Shown: positions 37,964-48,348 of the stretch, one piece after another | Position numbering within the stretch: position 1 is the stretch's first letter | Layout of the letters: each line of letters starts with the position of its first letter | Source: Candidatus Bathyarchaeota archaeon | GTDB taxonomy: Archaea > Thermoproteota > Bathyarchaeia > TCS64 | Reading direction: 5' to 3' | Assembly (NCBI GenBank): GCA_030739585.1 | Contig: JASLYX010000005.1 | Location: 14,804-78,803 of the forward strand | DNA length: 64,000 bases | Notes under the pieces: generated by a model | Database searches by the model: none | What the model saw: only the letters and a program-made list of their open reading frames with translations | What the model was told of the DNA's origin: nothing | Translations under genes and position numbers: made by a program

Positions 37964-38305
37964 ATGGTCAAACCAAAGGGCAGCACAGGCACCACAAAAA
38001 TGAAAATCATGGCAATAATCGACTATAACTACGATAATGGCGCAGATTCGTATGGCTACACCATTTGGCAGTCTCTTAAAAACCACTTTCACATTTATCT
38101 AACTAACAGCGATGTCAGAAACGTTTATCATCACCTTAGAGAGCTCACAGACCTTGGATACCTTACCAAAGAGGACGAAAAGTTAGATGATCCCTCCAAG
38201 AGGTGTTTATACGCCCTTACTGAGGACGGCAAGGGCATCGAGAGCCGTTACTCTCCATATCTAGATATTGTCCGCAGGAGCTCTGGACCGGCAAGGAAAT
38301 ATTAA
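37964..38305 (+). CDS. PadR-like winged-helix regulator
   Basis: SYGYTIWQSL...NVYHHLREL...GYL...YALTEDG. Confidence 0.7.
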   Translation: MVKPKGSTGTTKMKIMAIIDYNYDNGADSYGYTIWQSLKNHFHIYLTNSDVRNVYHHLRELTDLGYLTKEDEKLDDPSKRCLYALTEDGKGIESRYSPYLDIVRRSSGPARKY

Positions 38306-38847
38306 TTCTCGGCCTTCTCTAATGAGCTGGGTAGCGCAAGTAGCTCAAATATTATTGGATCTCCAGGCTTTACATCTCGTAGGATGTCCTTAGGAAGGCT
38401 CAGTTCGATGTCTTGTAGGTCCATTGTGACGGTAAGCACCGTTTTCCCCTCCATATCCGCCCTCTCCTTAACAGTGGCGTTGACCTGTGTGAACGGGTGA
38501 TCCAAGTCGATGGTATTCCTGTTAACGAGAAGCTCGTTGAGGATGAGCTCGATGTGGAGGAACTCCTCGATGAATTGTTGACCCATTTCTGTTAGCTTGA
38601 AACCTCCGCCCCCAGACTTCCCCCCTTTGTGGGAGATAACTAGGGGCTGTCCGATTCTCCCCTCGGCTTTTCTGATAAGTCCCCAGGCAAATCTATAGGA
38701 CATCCCCAACCCCTCTGCCGAGGCCTTGAGGGTACCCAAATCAGAGACCTTCTTTAGCAGCTGGTAGAGTCCCGGACCAAACACCATCCCCTCGTCTGTC
38801 TCCAGCCAGAGCTTGAATGAGAGTTTATGCCTGGGGGAGGTCGTCAT
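38302..38847 (-). CDS. ModE-type HTH regulator with C-terminal TOBE-like domain
   Basis: FGPGLYQLL...GTLKASAEGLGMSYRFAW...KGGKSGGG.KLT. Confidence 0.8.
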   Translation of the reverse strand: MTTSPRHKLSFKLWLETDEGMVFGPGLYQLLKKVSDLGTLKASAEGLGMSYRFAWGLIRKAEGRIGQPLVISHKGGKSGGGGFKLTEMGQQFIEEFLHIELILNELLVNRNTIDLDHPFTQVNATVKERADMEGKTVLTVTMDLQDIELSLPKDILRDVKPGDPIIFELLALPSSLEKAEN

Positions 38848-38943
38848 GGGTCTTCAACAACCTGTGTCATTGTGAGCGGATAGCGTTTTCCCATATATCG
38901 GTTAGCTGTTATAATCATTGTCGGAGGAGCTGGAGTGGGATAT

Positions 38944-40767
38944 CTAGGGTTCTACGGTCTCCATGGTTCCATTTGGAATCTCAAATTTAAACTGCATCTC
39001 ATAAAGCCGTTTATATAGTCCGCCTCTCTTGATGAGTTCCTGGTGGGAGCCCGTCTCTGCTATCCTTCCCTCTTGGATGACAACGATCTTATCCGCTTTT
39101 CTAACGGTGCTGAGTCTGTGGGCTATTATGATGGATGTCCTATTTTTGAGGACTATGTCCATGGCACTCTGGATTATTAACTCTGTGTAGGCATCGATGC
39201 TGCTTGTAGCCTCGTCCATAATGAGGATACGGGGATTCGCTAAAAGAGCCCTAGCGAGGCTCACTAGCTGCCTCTGGCCTTGGCTGAGGCGGCCACCACG
39301 CTCCCTGACCTCAGTTTCATAGCCCTCTGGGAGTCTTTTGATAAACTCATGGGCTCCTACGGCCTTCGTGACCTCGATGACCTCCTCATCTGTTGCTTCG
39401 AGTCTTCCGTACTTGATGTTCTCCATGATGCTTCCGGAGAAGAGGTAGGTATCTTGGAGGACGATAGCCATTTGACCCCTAAGAGACTCAATATGGACTC
39501 CTCGGATATCCTGACCGCCCACGGTGACTCTGCCCTGCGTTGGGTCATAAAACCTGTAGAGGAGGTTGATTAACGTGGTCTTTCCCACCCCCGTGGGTCC
39601 CACAAGGGCAACAGTGGTGTTCGGCTCTATTTCCAGGTCGATGTCTCTGAGAACCGGCTGACCTTCCTCATAGCTGAAAGACAATTTCTCATATACGATC
39701 TTTCCCTCAATGGTGTTGGCTTCTACAGCATCCGGAGCGTTAGCCACCGTGATGTCAGAGTCCATGATCCCAAAGACCCGTTCCGCGGCGGCGAGGGCGG
39801 ACTGAACACTATTCCAAAAGTTGCTTAGGTCCTCAATTGGCCAGAAGAACCTGTTGAGGTATGACATGAATCCGAACAATACTCCCACGCTGAGTGCTCC
39901 ATTGATCACAGCGCTACCCCCGAACCACAGGACAAGGCAATTACCAATGGCTGTGAAGATGGCAACCACAGGCCAGAACGCCGACATCACCTGCCCTGCT
40001 AGGACGTTGGCTTTCATGTTGTCTGTGTTCAACTTTTGGAACTCCATTCTTGTTACTCCTTCTCGACTGAAGCATTGAATCTCTTTCATACCACTGACGC
40101 TCTCCTCCAATTTGGCTGAGACGCTGGCGATGGTTCTTCGGGTGGCCCTGTAGACTACTCGGACTTTACGACCCCAAGTGAGGAGGAATCCAATCATAAG
40201 GGGAAGTATGGTAAACGTTATAACGCTCAACCGGGCGTCCATCGTTATCATGATTATTATTATCCCCCCCAGGGTGACAAAGTCGGCGATGACGCTGGCC
40301 ACGCCACTGGTCACGAGCTCCGTAATCCGATCTACGTCATTAATGACCCTGGAGACAAGACTCCCCATCTTCCGTTTCGCGTAGAAATCGAGGCCGAGCT
40401 CCTGGAGGTGGCGGAAGATATCCAGTCTCATATCATACCCCAGCTTTGCCCCCAGCCAGTTTATTATGAATCGCTGGATGACTTGCGCTGCAAAAATCAG
40501 GAGGTAGACGATAACGAACGCTATGCTTATGAGTGCAAGCCCTCCTGTGTCAAGGTCCGCGATGTATTTGTCTATAGCGAGAGTGAACATGTAAGGAGGG
40601 AGCAGATTGATCCCAGTTGATATTATCGTCACTAGGATGAGTAGCACCAGCCTCCTTTTGTGCCTCGTGATGTATTTTAGCATCCTGCTAAATAGGACCC
40701 GGTCGGGCACGGTCCTTTTATATTTCTCATCTTCGTCCCCGTGCCCGTGGTGGTGGTGATAGCCCAT
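38944..40767 (-). CDS. ABC exporter permease/ATPase, subunit 2 of heterodimer
   Basis: TMD + GPTGVGKT, LSQGQ, ILIMDEATS, IAHRLS. Confidence 0.93.
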   Translation of the reverse strand: MGYHHHHGHGDEDEKYKRTVPDRVLFSRMLKYITRHKRRLVLLILVTIISTGINLLPPYMFTLAIDKYIADLDTGGLALISIAFVIVYLLIFAAQVIQRFIINWLGAKLGYDMRLDIFRHLQELGLDFYAKRKMGSLVSRVINDVDRITELVTSGVASVIADFVTLGGIIIIMITMDARLSVITFTILPLMIGFLLTWGRKVRVVYRATRRTIASVSAKLEESVSGMKEIQCFSREGVTRMEFQKLNTDNMKANVLAGQVMSAFWPVVAIFTAIGNCLVLWFGGSAVINGALSVGVLFGFMSYLNRFFWPIEDLSNFWNSVQSALAAAERVFGIMDSDITVANAPDAVEANTIEGKIVYEKLSFSYEEGQPVLRDIDLEIEPNTTVALVGPTGVGKTTLINLLYRFYDPTQGRVTVGGQDIRGVHIESLRGQMAIVLQDTYLFSGSIMENIKYGRLEATDEEVIEVTKAVGAHEFIKRLPEGYETEVRERGGRLSQGQRQLVSLARALLANPRILIMDEATSSIDAYTELIIQSAMDIVLKNRTSIIIAHRLSTVRKADKIVVIQEGRIAETGSHQELIKRGGLYKRLYEMQFKFEIPNGTMETVEP

Positions 40768-42693
40768 CTAAGTCCTCCTCCTTTGGGCACCAGAGGACTG
40801 AGTCTCGTAAAGCTTCCTATAGATACCGTCTATTTCTAAGAGCTCGTCGTGGGTTCCCTCCTCAGCGATCTCTCCGTCATCAAGGACGATAATATAGTCG
40901 GCCTTCCTAATGCTGCTGAGGCGCTGGGTAATAATGAAGGTTGTCCGGTCCTCCAGTAGTTCGTCAATGGCTTGCTGGATTTCGTACTCAGTATGGGTAT
41001 CAACGCTGCTTGTAGAGTCGTCCATAATGAGAATCTTAGGGTTTTTCAGGAGCGCCCTAGCGATGGCGATTCTTTGCTTCTGGCCTCCAGATAATGTAAC
41101 CCCTCTCTCTCCAACCCGGGTTTCATAGCCGTCAGGAAGGCTCTCGATAAAGTCGTTGATCTTGGCCCTCTTCGCAGCCTTCCTAATCGAGATGATACTG
41201 GCATTCTTAACGCCATAGGCGATATTCTCTCTTAGGGTGGTGGAGAAGATAAAGGGCTCTTGGCGCACGACGCCCATGTTACTCCTCAGGGATTTGATCT
41301 TGAAGTCCTGCAAGTCTACGCCGTCCAGATGGATGGATCCTTTGGAGGCATTGTAGAATCGGGGGATGAGATTGATAATACTGCTCTTCCCGGAGCCTGT
41401 GGCGCCAAGAATCGCTATTGTCTGCCCAGGTTGGACGGTTAGGTTGATGTTCTTTAAGACCATATTGGTTCCATCGTAGCTGAACCAAACGTCCTTGAAT
41501 GTTATGCAGCCTTCAATCTCTTGAACGTCGACGGCGTCCTTCCTATCATGTACCTCCACCTCAGCATCAATGATGTCGAAGACTCTGTTTCCCGCGGCGA
41601 TAGCCCGGACTACCATGGATGTCATGAATCCAATTCTCCTGACAGGCCCCATGAGTTTTGCAAGGTAGAAGTAGAACGCCACAACGCTTCCAACGGTGAT
41701 GATGCCTGATATGACCTGCCCTCCGCCGTACCAGATAATGAGGACGAAGCCTAGGCTAGAGATGAACGATGCAAGGGGCCCAAAGCGCGCGCGGAACCAG
41801 GCCAAATCCATATTAAGGTCGAAGTACTCCATGAGCTCAACGGAAAACTTTTTCTCCTCGAACTCTTCCCTGCTGAATCCTCTCACTACCCTGGTCCCGG
41901 CCAAATTTTCTTGGAGGACCGAGGTAATAACCCCGTACTGTTCCCTAAACAGATTCCATAAGGGGCGGACATTTCTTGAAAAGTACGCGGTGGAGAGGAA
42001 GACGAACGGGACAACACTCAGAGATAAAAGGGTAAGGGTTGGGTTGATCGAGATCAGGGCGTATAGCACAAGCACTAGGAGGAGAACCGAGGATAAGACC
42101 ATGCGAACCCCCATTTGGTAAAAGCGTCCCATCATGTTGATATCTCCGGTGGCCCTCGCCATGAGCTGACCTGTCCTTTGCTGATCGTAGAAGCTGAAGC
42201 TTTGCTTCAGGAGGCTGTTGTACATATCTTCTCGAATTTTGTAGGTAGCCTCCTGGGCCACTATCGTGGTGGTATACCTTTGCAGGAACGTAAAGAGGCC
42301 CGTTATTATTGCAATAACGATCAGGGATAGGCTGAATACGAGGAGGGCTCCAAAAGAAGGATTTGAACCGGAAGCGGCGCTATACCACGAAGCAATGGGG
42401 AGTAATATTCTTGAAGGAAATCCGCCAACCCCCCTTTTGAATGCAACTATTTCTCCAGTACTGAGTGCTCTCACCATGTCAATTATGGAGCCAATTATTG
42501 CAGGGGAGAGGATATCGAAGACCGTAGTTATGACTATGAGAACAAAAACCACTCTGAGCATCCATGAAACAGCGATATAACCCAAGAGGCGTTTCAGTGT
42601 CTCCCTTTGGGTCCTTGTACTGGTCGGAATTCTATCAATTGATCTCCTACCTCCTCCTCTACCGCCGCCTCCTCCACTGCCACGCCGTGCCAT
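40768..42693 (-). CDS. ABC exporter permease/ATPase, subunit 1 of heterodimer (degenerate site)
   Basis: TMD + GATGSGKS, LSGGQ, ILIMDDSTS, ITQRLS (E->D, H->Q as in TM287-type). Confidence 0.93.
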   Translation of the reverse strand: MARRGSGGGGGRGGGRRSIDRIPTSTRTQRETLKRLLGYIAVSWMLRVVFVLIVITTVFDILSPAIIGSIIDMVRALSTGEIVAFKRGVGGFPSRILLPIASWYSAASGSNPSFGALLVFSLSLIVIAIITGLFTFLQRYTTTIVAQEATYKIREDMYNSLLKQSFSFYDQQRTGQLMARATGDINMMGRFYQMGVRMVLSSVLLLVLVLYALISINPTLTLLSLSVVPFVFLSTAYFSRNVRPLWNLFREQYGVITSVLQENLAGTRVVRGFSREEFEEKKFSVELMEYFDLNMDLAWFRARFGPLASFISSLGFVLIIWYGGGQVISGIITVGSVVAFYFYLAKLMGPVRRIGFMTSMVVRAIAAGNRVFDIIDAEVEVHDRKDAVDVQEIEGCITFKDVWFSYDGTNMVLKNINLTVQPGQTIAILGATGSGKSSIINLIPRFYNASKGSIHLDGVDLQDFKIKSLRSNMGVVRQEPFIFSTTLRENIAYGVKNASIISIRKAAKRAKINDFIESLPDGYETRVGERGVTLSGGQKQRIAIARALLKNPKILIMDDSTSSVDTHTEYEIQQAIDELLEDRTTFIITQRLSSIRKADYIIVLDDGEIAEEGTHDELLEIDGIYRKLYETQSSGAQRRRT

Positions 42694-42701
42694 ATTTTAT
42701 G

Positions 42702-43298
42702 TCACTCCTGGAATGTCAGGACTGAGTTCAGCTCATTAAGCGCACTAATGTAATTTTGGTCTTGGGCCAACTTCAGATTGGTTACGAGCTTTACGAGACT
42801 GCGATAGATAAATCTCCCAAGCTCATTCGGATTTCCTTGTTTATCTACGGTCTCCTCAAAAGCCCTCTTCCTTAGTTCTTTGATTAGAGTAATGAGTTCC
42901 TCTACCTTTTCTCGTTTCTCCGCTTTGAACTCCAATCCGAAGGACCTCAGGCCGTCAGTAATCCTCTGCTGGACCTCCTCCTGCCATACCATATAGTTGT
43001 CGTCTTCCGCCAGGGTCTCGCTGAGGCTGTATGACACTATGAATCTATCTCCGATGCTCTTGTAGTATGATTGAACCATATTCCTCACCTGAACGGTGCG
43101 GGTCTTCTTAACAAGTCCAGCCTCTTTAAGAAGGTTGAGATGGTGGATGATGCTAGAGTGGTTCTTCTTGAGAGACTTGGCGAGATCCGTCGCGGACCTC
43201 TCATGGTGCCTTAGTGTATGGAGTATGTGGCGGCGGGTCTCATCAGCGAAGAGTTTAGCTATTTCGGGGTCCTTGATGACGCGAATTCCATTGACCAA
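42702..43298 (-). CDS. ArsR-family HTH regulator
   Basis: AKLFADETRRHIL...SATDLA...SIIHHLNLLKEAGLV; leads the ABC operon. Confidence 0.85.
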   Translation of the reverse strand: MVNGIRVIKDPEIAKLFADETRRHILHTLRHHERSATDLAKSLKKNHSSIIHHLNLLKEAGLVKKTRTVQVRNMVQSYYKSIGDRFIVSYSLSETLAEDDNYMVWQEEVQQRITDGLRSFGLEFKAEKREKVEELITLIKELRKRAFEETVDKQGNPNELGRFIYRSLVKLVTNLKLAQDQNYISALNELNSVLTFQE

Positions 43299-43841
43299 TA
43301 TTTTCGCTACAGAACCGTGTACCGTTCTATATAAATTCTCTCAATAAACCATCAATCTTTTTTTGTACAACTCAAGGTAGACGAAGGCGTGGAGAATCAA
43401 GATGCATTCCAAGGCATTATTCTCTTCGACCCCATGTGTTCGGCATCAACTCCATTCCCGTCCTGCTCATCTCATATAGGGGACCAAGGTCATTAAGCTC
43501 AAGAACCCGTAAGGTTTTCAATTGACCTCTCCAGTTCTCAGTGATTTTAATCGAACGTGTCTCATGCTTCACAGTAAAACGTAGTATAAAGTCGAGGACA
43601 TTAGATTTTGTCCTTACTCTAGTTTTATCCCTCTTGAATCTTAGGCTCCGAACTCGATGATCTTTACAGGTTCACTGAAAAAATACTTGGAACTATTGAC
43701 CCGGTTTTTTTATCTTGTTATAACTATCAAATATTACGAGTCTATTAAGCAACATTCTGAGCCTCATTGCCCGTAAATATTTAAACACGCTGCCCCTCTT
43801 TTCCACCGGTTCCTTTGAACACTCTACTAAGGGAAACCCGA

Positions 43842-44414
43842 ATGAGTTATATCACAGACGCCGCCCGAACTTGCGAGCGTTGCTGTCTCCACAAGGGCCG
43901 TTTAAACGTCGTCCCGGGGGAGGGTAGTCTGTGTTCGTCGGTGGTCCTGATTGGGGAGGCTCCCGGGCGAAAGGAGGACGAATCGGGGAGGCCTTTCATA
44001 GGGTCCGCGGGAAAGATTCTCGACGAAGCCATGGAGAACGCCGGCCTCGCTAGGTCCCAGGTCTACATCACAAACGTCGTCAAGTGCAGACCACCTGGTA
44101 ACCGTAGGCCCCGATTAGACGAAGTAGCGGCTTGCACCAACTATCTCTACGATCAGCTAGCTATCCTTACTCCGCAGGTTATTGCTCCAATGGGGAACTC
44201 GGCGCTGTATCATGTCTTCAACCATTTTGGATTTGGTAATGCTACCATTGGTGAGGTGCATGGGAAGCCTCATCTTTTGGATTTTGTTTGGGGGAAGGGT
44301 GTGGTCTTTCCCCTCTATCATCCGGCGGCCATACTATACAATCGTACTCTAAAGAATGATCTTCACGCCGACTTTGAGGCATTGGGTGATCTTCTAGGGC
44401 CTGTCAGTTTGTAA
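43842..44414 (+). CDS. udg: Uracil-DNA glycosylase family 4
   Basis: CERC, IGEAPG, GRPFIG, NVVKCRPPGNR, YHPAA. Confidence 0.93.
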   Translation: MSYITDAARTCERCCLHKGRLNVVPGEGSLCSSVVLIGEAPGRKEDESGRPFIGSAGKILDEAMENAGLARSQVYITNVVKCRPPGNRRPRLDEVAACTNYLYDQLAILTPQVIAPMGNSALYHVFNHFGFGNATIGEVHGKPHLLDFVWGKGVVFPLYHPAAILYNRTLKNDLHADFEALGDLLGPVSL

Positions 44415-45360
44415 GGGCCCGGATCCGCTTTACTATATTTGGATGAGTGGAAAAGAGCTCTGCGAACCGGGCTATGCCAGTTATCTTCCGGGAGGCGATG
44501 TTGGCAACGAGCTCCTCATCGCTTCTCCCGATGCTGGCACTGTTCAGTTCTGCAACGTCCTTTACGGCCCTGTCGGGGTCGGAGATGAAGAGGGTCTTAA
44601 AGCTGCTGGACCCTCTGGTCCTAGGTGTAAATATCCTGTGACGGGCCGTGGATGTCGTGATTTTGGCCAGGCCCTCAGTGAGCTTCCGGGCGCCGTCGCT
44701 CACGATGCCTGCCGCGTGCTGGTCAGCATAATACTCCCGGAGTCTGCTGAATCTAAGGTTGAATAGCATGAGCCCAAGGTATAGGAGCATGCTGAGTCCC
44801 CCTACCAAGGCAAGCCCCCCGCCATTCTTTTGATCCCTCTTGCCGTATCGAGCGAACATAGTGGACCGGGAGATGATGTAGAACAGGCTTGGGAGGACGC
44901 TAATGAGCATGGTAACCTGGACATCTCGGTGCTTAATGTGGCCCAGCTCATGGGCTAGGACAGCCTCCACCTCCTCTCCTTCAAGGCTCGTAAGAAGCCC
45001 CTCCGTAATTGCAACGTGGTTCCCGGTGAGGGGGGACCCGTACGCGAAGGCGTTGGGGATGCGCATCTTGGAGATCATCAGCTTTGGCGTCTTGATTCCG
45101 GAACGTGTTGATAGATCCTCAAATGTGCTGTGGAGCCAGGGATTTTCAATGGGATCGAGCTTGCGCACCCTATAGAGGGCGTTGACAAGATAGGGGGCCA
45201 ATAACCACTGGGCCGCGTTGAACAAAATAACCATGGTGGCGAGTGAATAAACGTTCAGCCCCCCTGAGTAAGCGAGAAGGGTAGCCATTCCGATAGTAGA
45301 AACCCCTATAATGAGTGCAAGGGTTCCAAGCATAGATAGGCGTAGCTTTATGAGATTCAA
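44404..45360 (-). CDS. htpX: Zinc metalloprotease HtpX (M48)
   Basis: PNAFAYG, AHELGH, SRLREYYAD, FSTHP. Confidence 0.92.
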   Translation of the reverse strand: MNLIKLRLSMLGTLALIIGVSTIGMATLLAYSGGLNVYSLATMVILFNAAQWLLAPYLVNALYRVRKLDPIENPWLHSTFEDLSTRSGIKTPKLMISKMRIPNAFAYGSPLTGNHVAITEGLLTSLEGEEVEAVLAHELGHIKHRDVQVTMLISVLPSLFYIISRSTMFARYGKRDQKNGGGLALVGGLSMLLYLGLMLFNLRFSRLREYYADQHAAGIVSDGARKLTEGLAKITTSTARHRIFTPRTRGSSSFKTLFISDPDRAVKDVAELNSASIGRSDEELVANIASRKITGIARFAELFSTHPNIVKRIRALTN

Positions 45361-45429
45361 CCTTTATCCCGTAATAATACCCGCTGATCCCTGAATATAA
45401 ACAAAAGGGTGAGCAATGAACGTGCTTGG

Positions 45430-47367
45430 TTACATCCTCTCCGGGGGAGCTATGCCTAGAGTCTGGAGAGAGTTCCTGATTGTGATTCGGGTCGCCTCCA
45501 CCAGCATGAGCCTTGCGCCGACAAGCCCTGGGTTCTCAGCCTTGAGGACAGGGTGCGCGGCGTAGAAGCTGTTGAATTTATCAGAGAGATCGTTGACGTA
45601 CGCAGTGATATTCATGGGCTTTAGCTCGTTAGCGGCGTCTATGAAGACCTCAGGGAACCGGGCAAGAGCTAGGGTTAGCTCTTTCTCCTGGCGTGCGTAG
45701 AGGCTCTTGTAGTCGGGCTTAGGCCAGTCCCCTGCCTTTTTCAGTATGTTGCACGCGCGGGCGTGGCTGTATTGGATGTAGGGAGCGCTGTTGGTTTCGA
45801 AGTTGAGGGCCTTCTCCCAGTCAAATGTAACTGTCTTCATGGGATCAATGCTGAGGAGTGTGTACTTGATGGCTCCATGCCCCACTATTCTGGCGATCTC
45901 CTCCTTATGTTCTACCGAAAGATGGGGTGAACGGACGTCAACAACCTCGTAGGCTAGTTTCTCGGCCTTCTCCACAATCTTGCTGAGGACAACGTACCTG
46001 CCGAGGCGTCCGCTCATCTTGATCCCTGGGAGGTTGACAAGCTCGTAGGCGTAATGGCGGAGGTTGTCCCCCATCTTGAGCCTGCCCATTGCGGCCAGGG
46101 CAATCCTAAGCTGGAGCTGTGCAAGCCTCTGCTCTGAGCCAATGACGTTGATGTCTCTGTCCACCAAGTTGAACTTCCAGATGTGGTATGCCATGTCCCT
46201 TAGGGTGTAGAGGGTGGTGCCGTCACTCCTAATCAGGACGAGGCGGGGGATCTCGTGCTCCGAGTTTAGCCCCCAGCGCTCCTTGAGGCATAGGTCATTG
46301 GCGATCCTGTCGCAGTCGAAAATGAGGGCCCCTTCATCCATGAAGGCATAAGGGGTGCCCTTGAGCTCATCGAGGACTTCGTCTGCTGCTTTCTTCCAGA
46401 CGAGGTCGCTCTCGAAATCGAATGAGTCGAAGCCGATCCCTATCTCGCCGAGGCTAGTCTCAAAGCCTTTGAGACAGTAGCCCACCACTTTCCTGACGTC
46501 CTTGGTGGTCGTTGGCTCGTTGTTTTCATATGCAGTGTTAAGGGCCACGATCTCGGCGTTAGTGTCATTAATTTTAGGGAGTTTCTCGGCAAGGGTATCA
46601 TAGACTTTTGGATATCTCTTTCGGAGCTCTTCTGCGGCTTTCCGGTATTCTTCTTGCTCCCTCTGGAGCTTGGCGAGCTCATGTACCAAACCCCTCCGCT
46701 CTGCTTCATCGATTTTTCCACTGAGTCTAATCGTCTCGTTGATGACATTGACGCTGGCGTAGATGGTACCCACCCATAGTTCGGCTCTCCCCTCCGGCTC
46801 TGGCTTCCCCATAAGTTTCCACCCGTACGTGGTCATGGCTACTTGGCGTCCCATATCGTTGACGAGAAAGTGGGCAAGGACCTCATGGCCCTGGCGCCTA
46901 AGGATCTCGGCGATGCAGTCACCAAGGATGCTGTTCCGGGCGTTCCCGATGTGAAGTGGAGCGTTAGGATTAGCACTGGTATGCTCCACCATTACCCTAA
47001 TGGGTTCCTGGGTTTTAACGAAGCCATACTCTTCATCTCCCTCAACTATAGTTCCTAGGACGAGCCCAGCAAATCTCCCCACATCCACCTTGAAGTTGAG
47101 GTAACCCCCGACGGCTTCCGCTGATTCAATAAGGCCCGAAAGAGAGGCGTCGATCTTCTCTACAATACCCTGGGCTATCTCCTGGGGGCTCAGCTTGAGT
47201 GTCCTAGCGAGCTGAAAGCACACTGGTGATGATAGCTCCCCCATCTCGAGGTCGGGTGGAGGGGAATACTTTGCTTTTGGGAGCTTTGTCCCAGGGTACA
47301 CTTCTATTATAGCCTTTTCAATAAGTCCTTGACACTCTTCTCTCAGCTTGGCTAGGGGATTTTCCAT
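45430..47367 (-). CDS. argS: Arginyl-tRNA synthetase
   Basis: EHTSANPNAPLHIGNARN, RSDGTTLY, KMSGRLG, YIQYSHAR, C-terminal PERM. Confidence 0.96.
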   Translation of the reverse strand: MENPLAKLREECQGLIEKAIIEVYPGTKLPKAKYSPPPDLEMGELSSPVCFQLARTLKLSPQEIAQGIVEKIDASLSGLIESAEAVGGYLNFKVDVGRFAGLVLGTIVEGDEEYGFVKTQEPIRVMVEHTSANPNAPLHIGNARNSILGDCIAEILRRQGHEVLAHFLVNDMGRQVAMTTYGWKLMGKPEPEGRAELWVGTIYASVNVINETIRLSGKIDEAERRGLVHELAKLQREQEEYRKAAEELRKRYPKVYDTLAEKLPKINDTNAEIVALNTAYENNEPTTTKDVRKVVGYCLKGFETSLGEIGIGFDSFDFESDLVWKKAADEVLDELKGTPYAFMDEGALIFDCDRIANDLCLKERWGLNSEHEIPRLVLIRSDGTTLYTLRDMAYHIWKFNLVDRDINVIGSEQRLAQLQLRIALAAMGRLKMGDNLRHYAYELVNLPGIKMSGRLGRYVVLSKIVEKAEKLAYEVVDVRSPHLSVEHKEEIARIVGHGAIKYTLLSIDPMKTVTFDWEKALNFETNSAPYIQYSHARACNILKKAGDWPKPDYKSLYARQEKELTLALARFPEVFIDAANELKPMNITAYVNDLSDKFNSFYAAHPVLKAENPGLVGARLMLVEATRITIRNSLQTLGIAPPERM

Positions 47368-47519
47368 GGTTTTCCCTTCAGTATTCCAGTAAGGCGAGCG
47401 GAGATGAGCTTAAAATGGGTTTTGCTCTGAGTGTTATAACCCAGCGTAGCATGAAAAATCGCAGGTACGACTAGAGAAATTATTTAAAAAAAGGGTCGAA
47501 GGTTATGTTATCTCTAAGA

Positions 47520-47939
47520 CTAGAAATATCTTGCCAACAGGCCCCTGAGGGCTTCAGCGTGTCGCGCTTCATCTTTTGAAGTTTCATCAAAAACATCATG
47601 CGCCTCATCGATCCCTGCCTTTTTAGCTTGGACTGCCGCCTGTCTTTTCCCAATGTTTGCTCCAATTTCGCCTTTCAGCATTTTTTCAAGATTTTCCTTA
47701 GTGCTCTCAGATATTTTTCCTGCGAGCTCCGCGTATCTTGCGCCATGCCATGCTTCATCCAATGCAATTGATTTGAGAACCTCTGCTATCTCAGGGAATC
47801 CTTCCCTTTGAGCTTGACGAGCCATCGCAAAGTAAAGACCCACCTCTGCTGTTTCACCCTTAAAGTTTCCCTCCACTGCCTGTTCTACTACTGTTCCCTT
47901 GGCAACGCCCAGTTTATTCAAATTTATGAGTTCAGTCAT
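47520..47939 (-). CDS. Rubrerythrin/ferritin-like di-iron protein (no rubredoxin domain)
   Basis: GETAEVGLYFAMARQAQREG, DEAWH, DEARH (two ExxH motifs). Confidence 0.88.
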   Translation of the reverse strand: MTELINLNKLGVAKGTVVEQAVEGNFKGETAEVGLYFAMARQAQREGFPEIAEVLKSIALDEAWHGARYAELAGKISESTKENLEKMLKGEIGANIGKRQAAVQAKKAGIDEAHDVFDETSKDEARHAEALRGLLARYF

Positions 47940-48348
47940 TTCACTACCTCATTCCTTTCTGAGAAGTGGTTTCTTATGGTAACATTTGAACCTTTATCTT
48001 GTTTAATTGAATAACTTGATTTAGTCCTAGGGTTTAGTTCGCGCGCGTCTATATTTTTTGGTCAGCCGATATGTAGATATTATTAACGCGCGCTACTAGC
48101 ATAAACGTCAGTGTTGTCACTTTCTCCCGGTCACGCAATTTTCTGAAGCGTCATAACAACAGATTGCTTCTCGCGCGCGGAAGTAGGCAAACACCGGCTC
48201 TGAGATTGAACAAGGACTAGATTATGGCTTTTTTCTCCCAAGCAAAAGAGGGGCTACTATTCGGTCTTCATGACAGGATTACAGTTTTTCATGCCTTTGG
48301 ATACCCATATTTTTTATCCAAACTGATCCCTTTTCATCTCCGACGACG

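Noticed and set aside
43350-43720. Possible pseudogene between arsR and udg
   Set aside because: Multiple stops in the frame examined and no identifiable motif.
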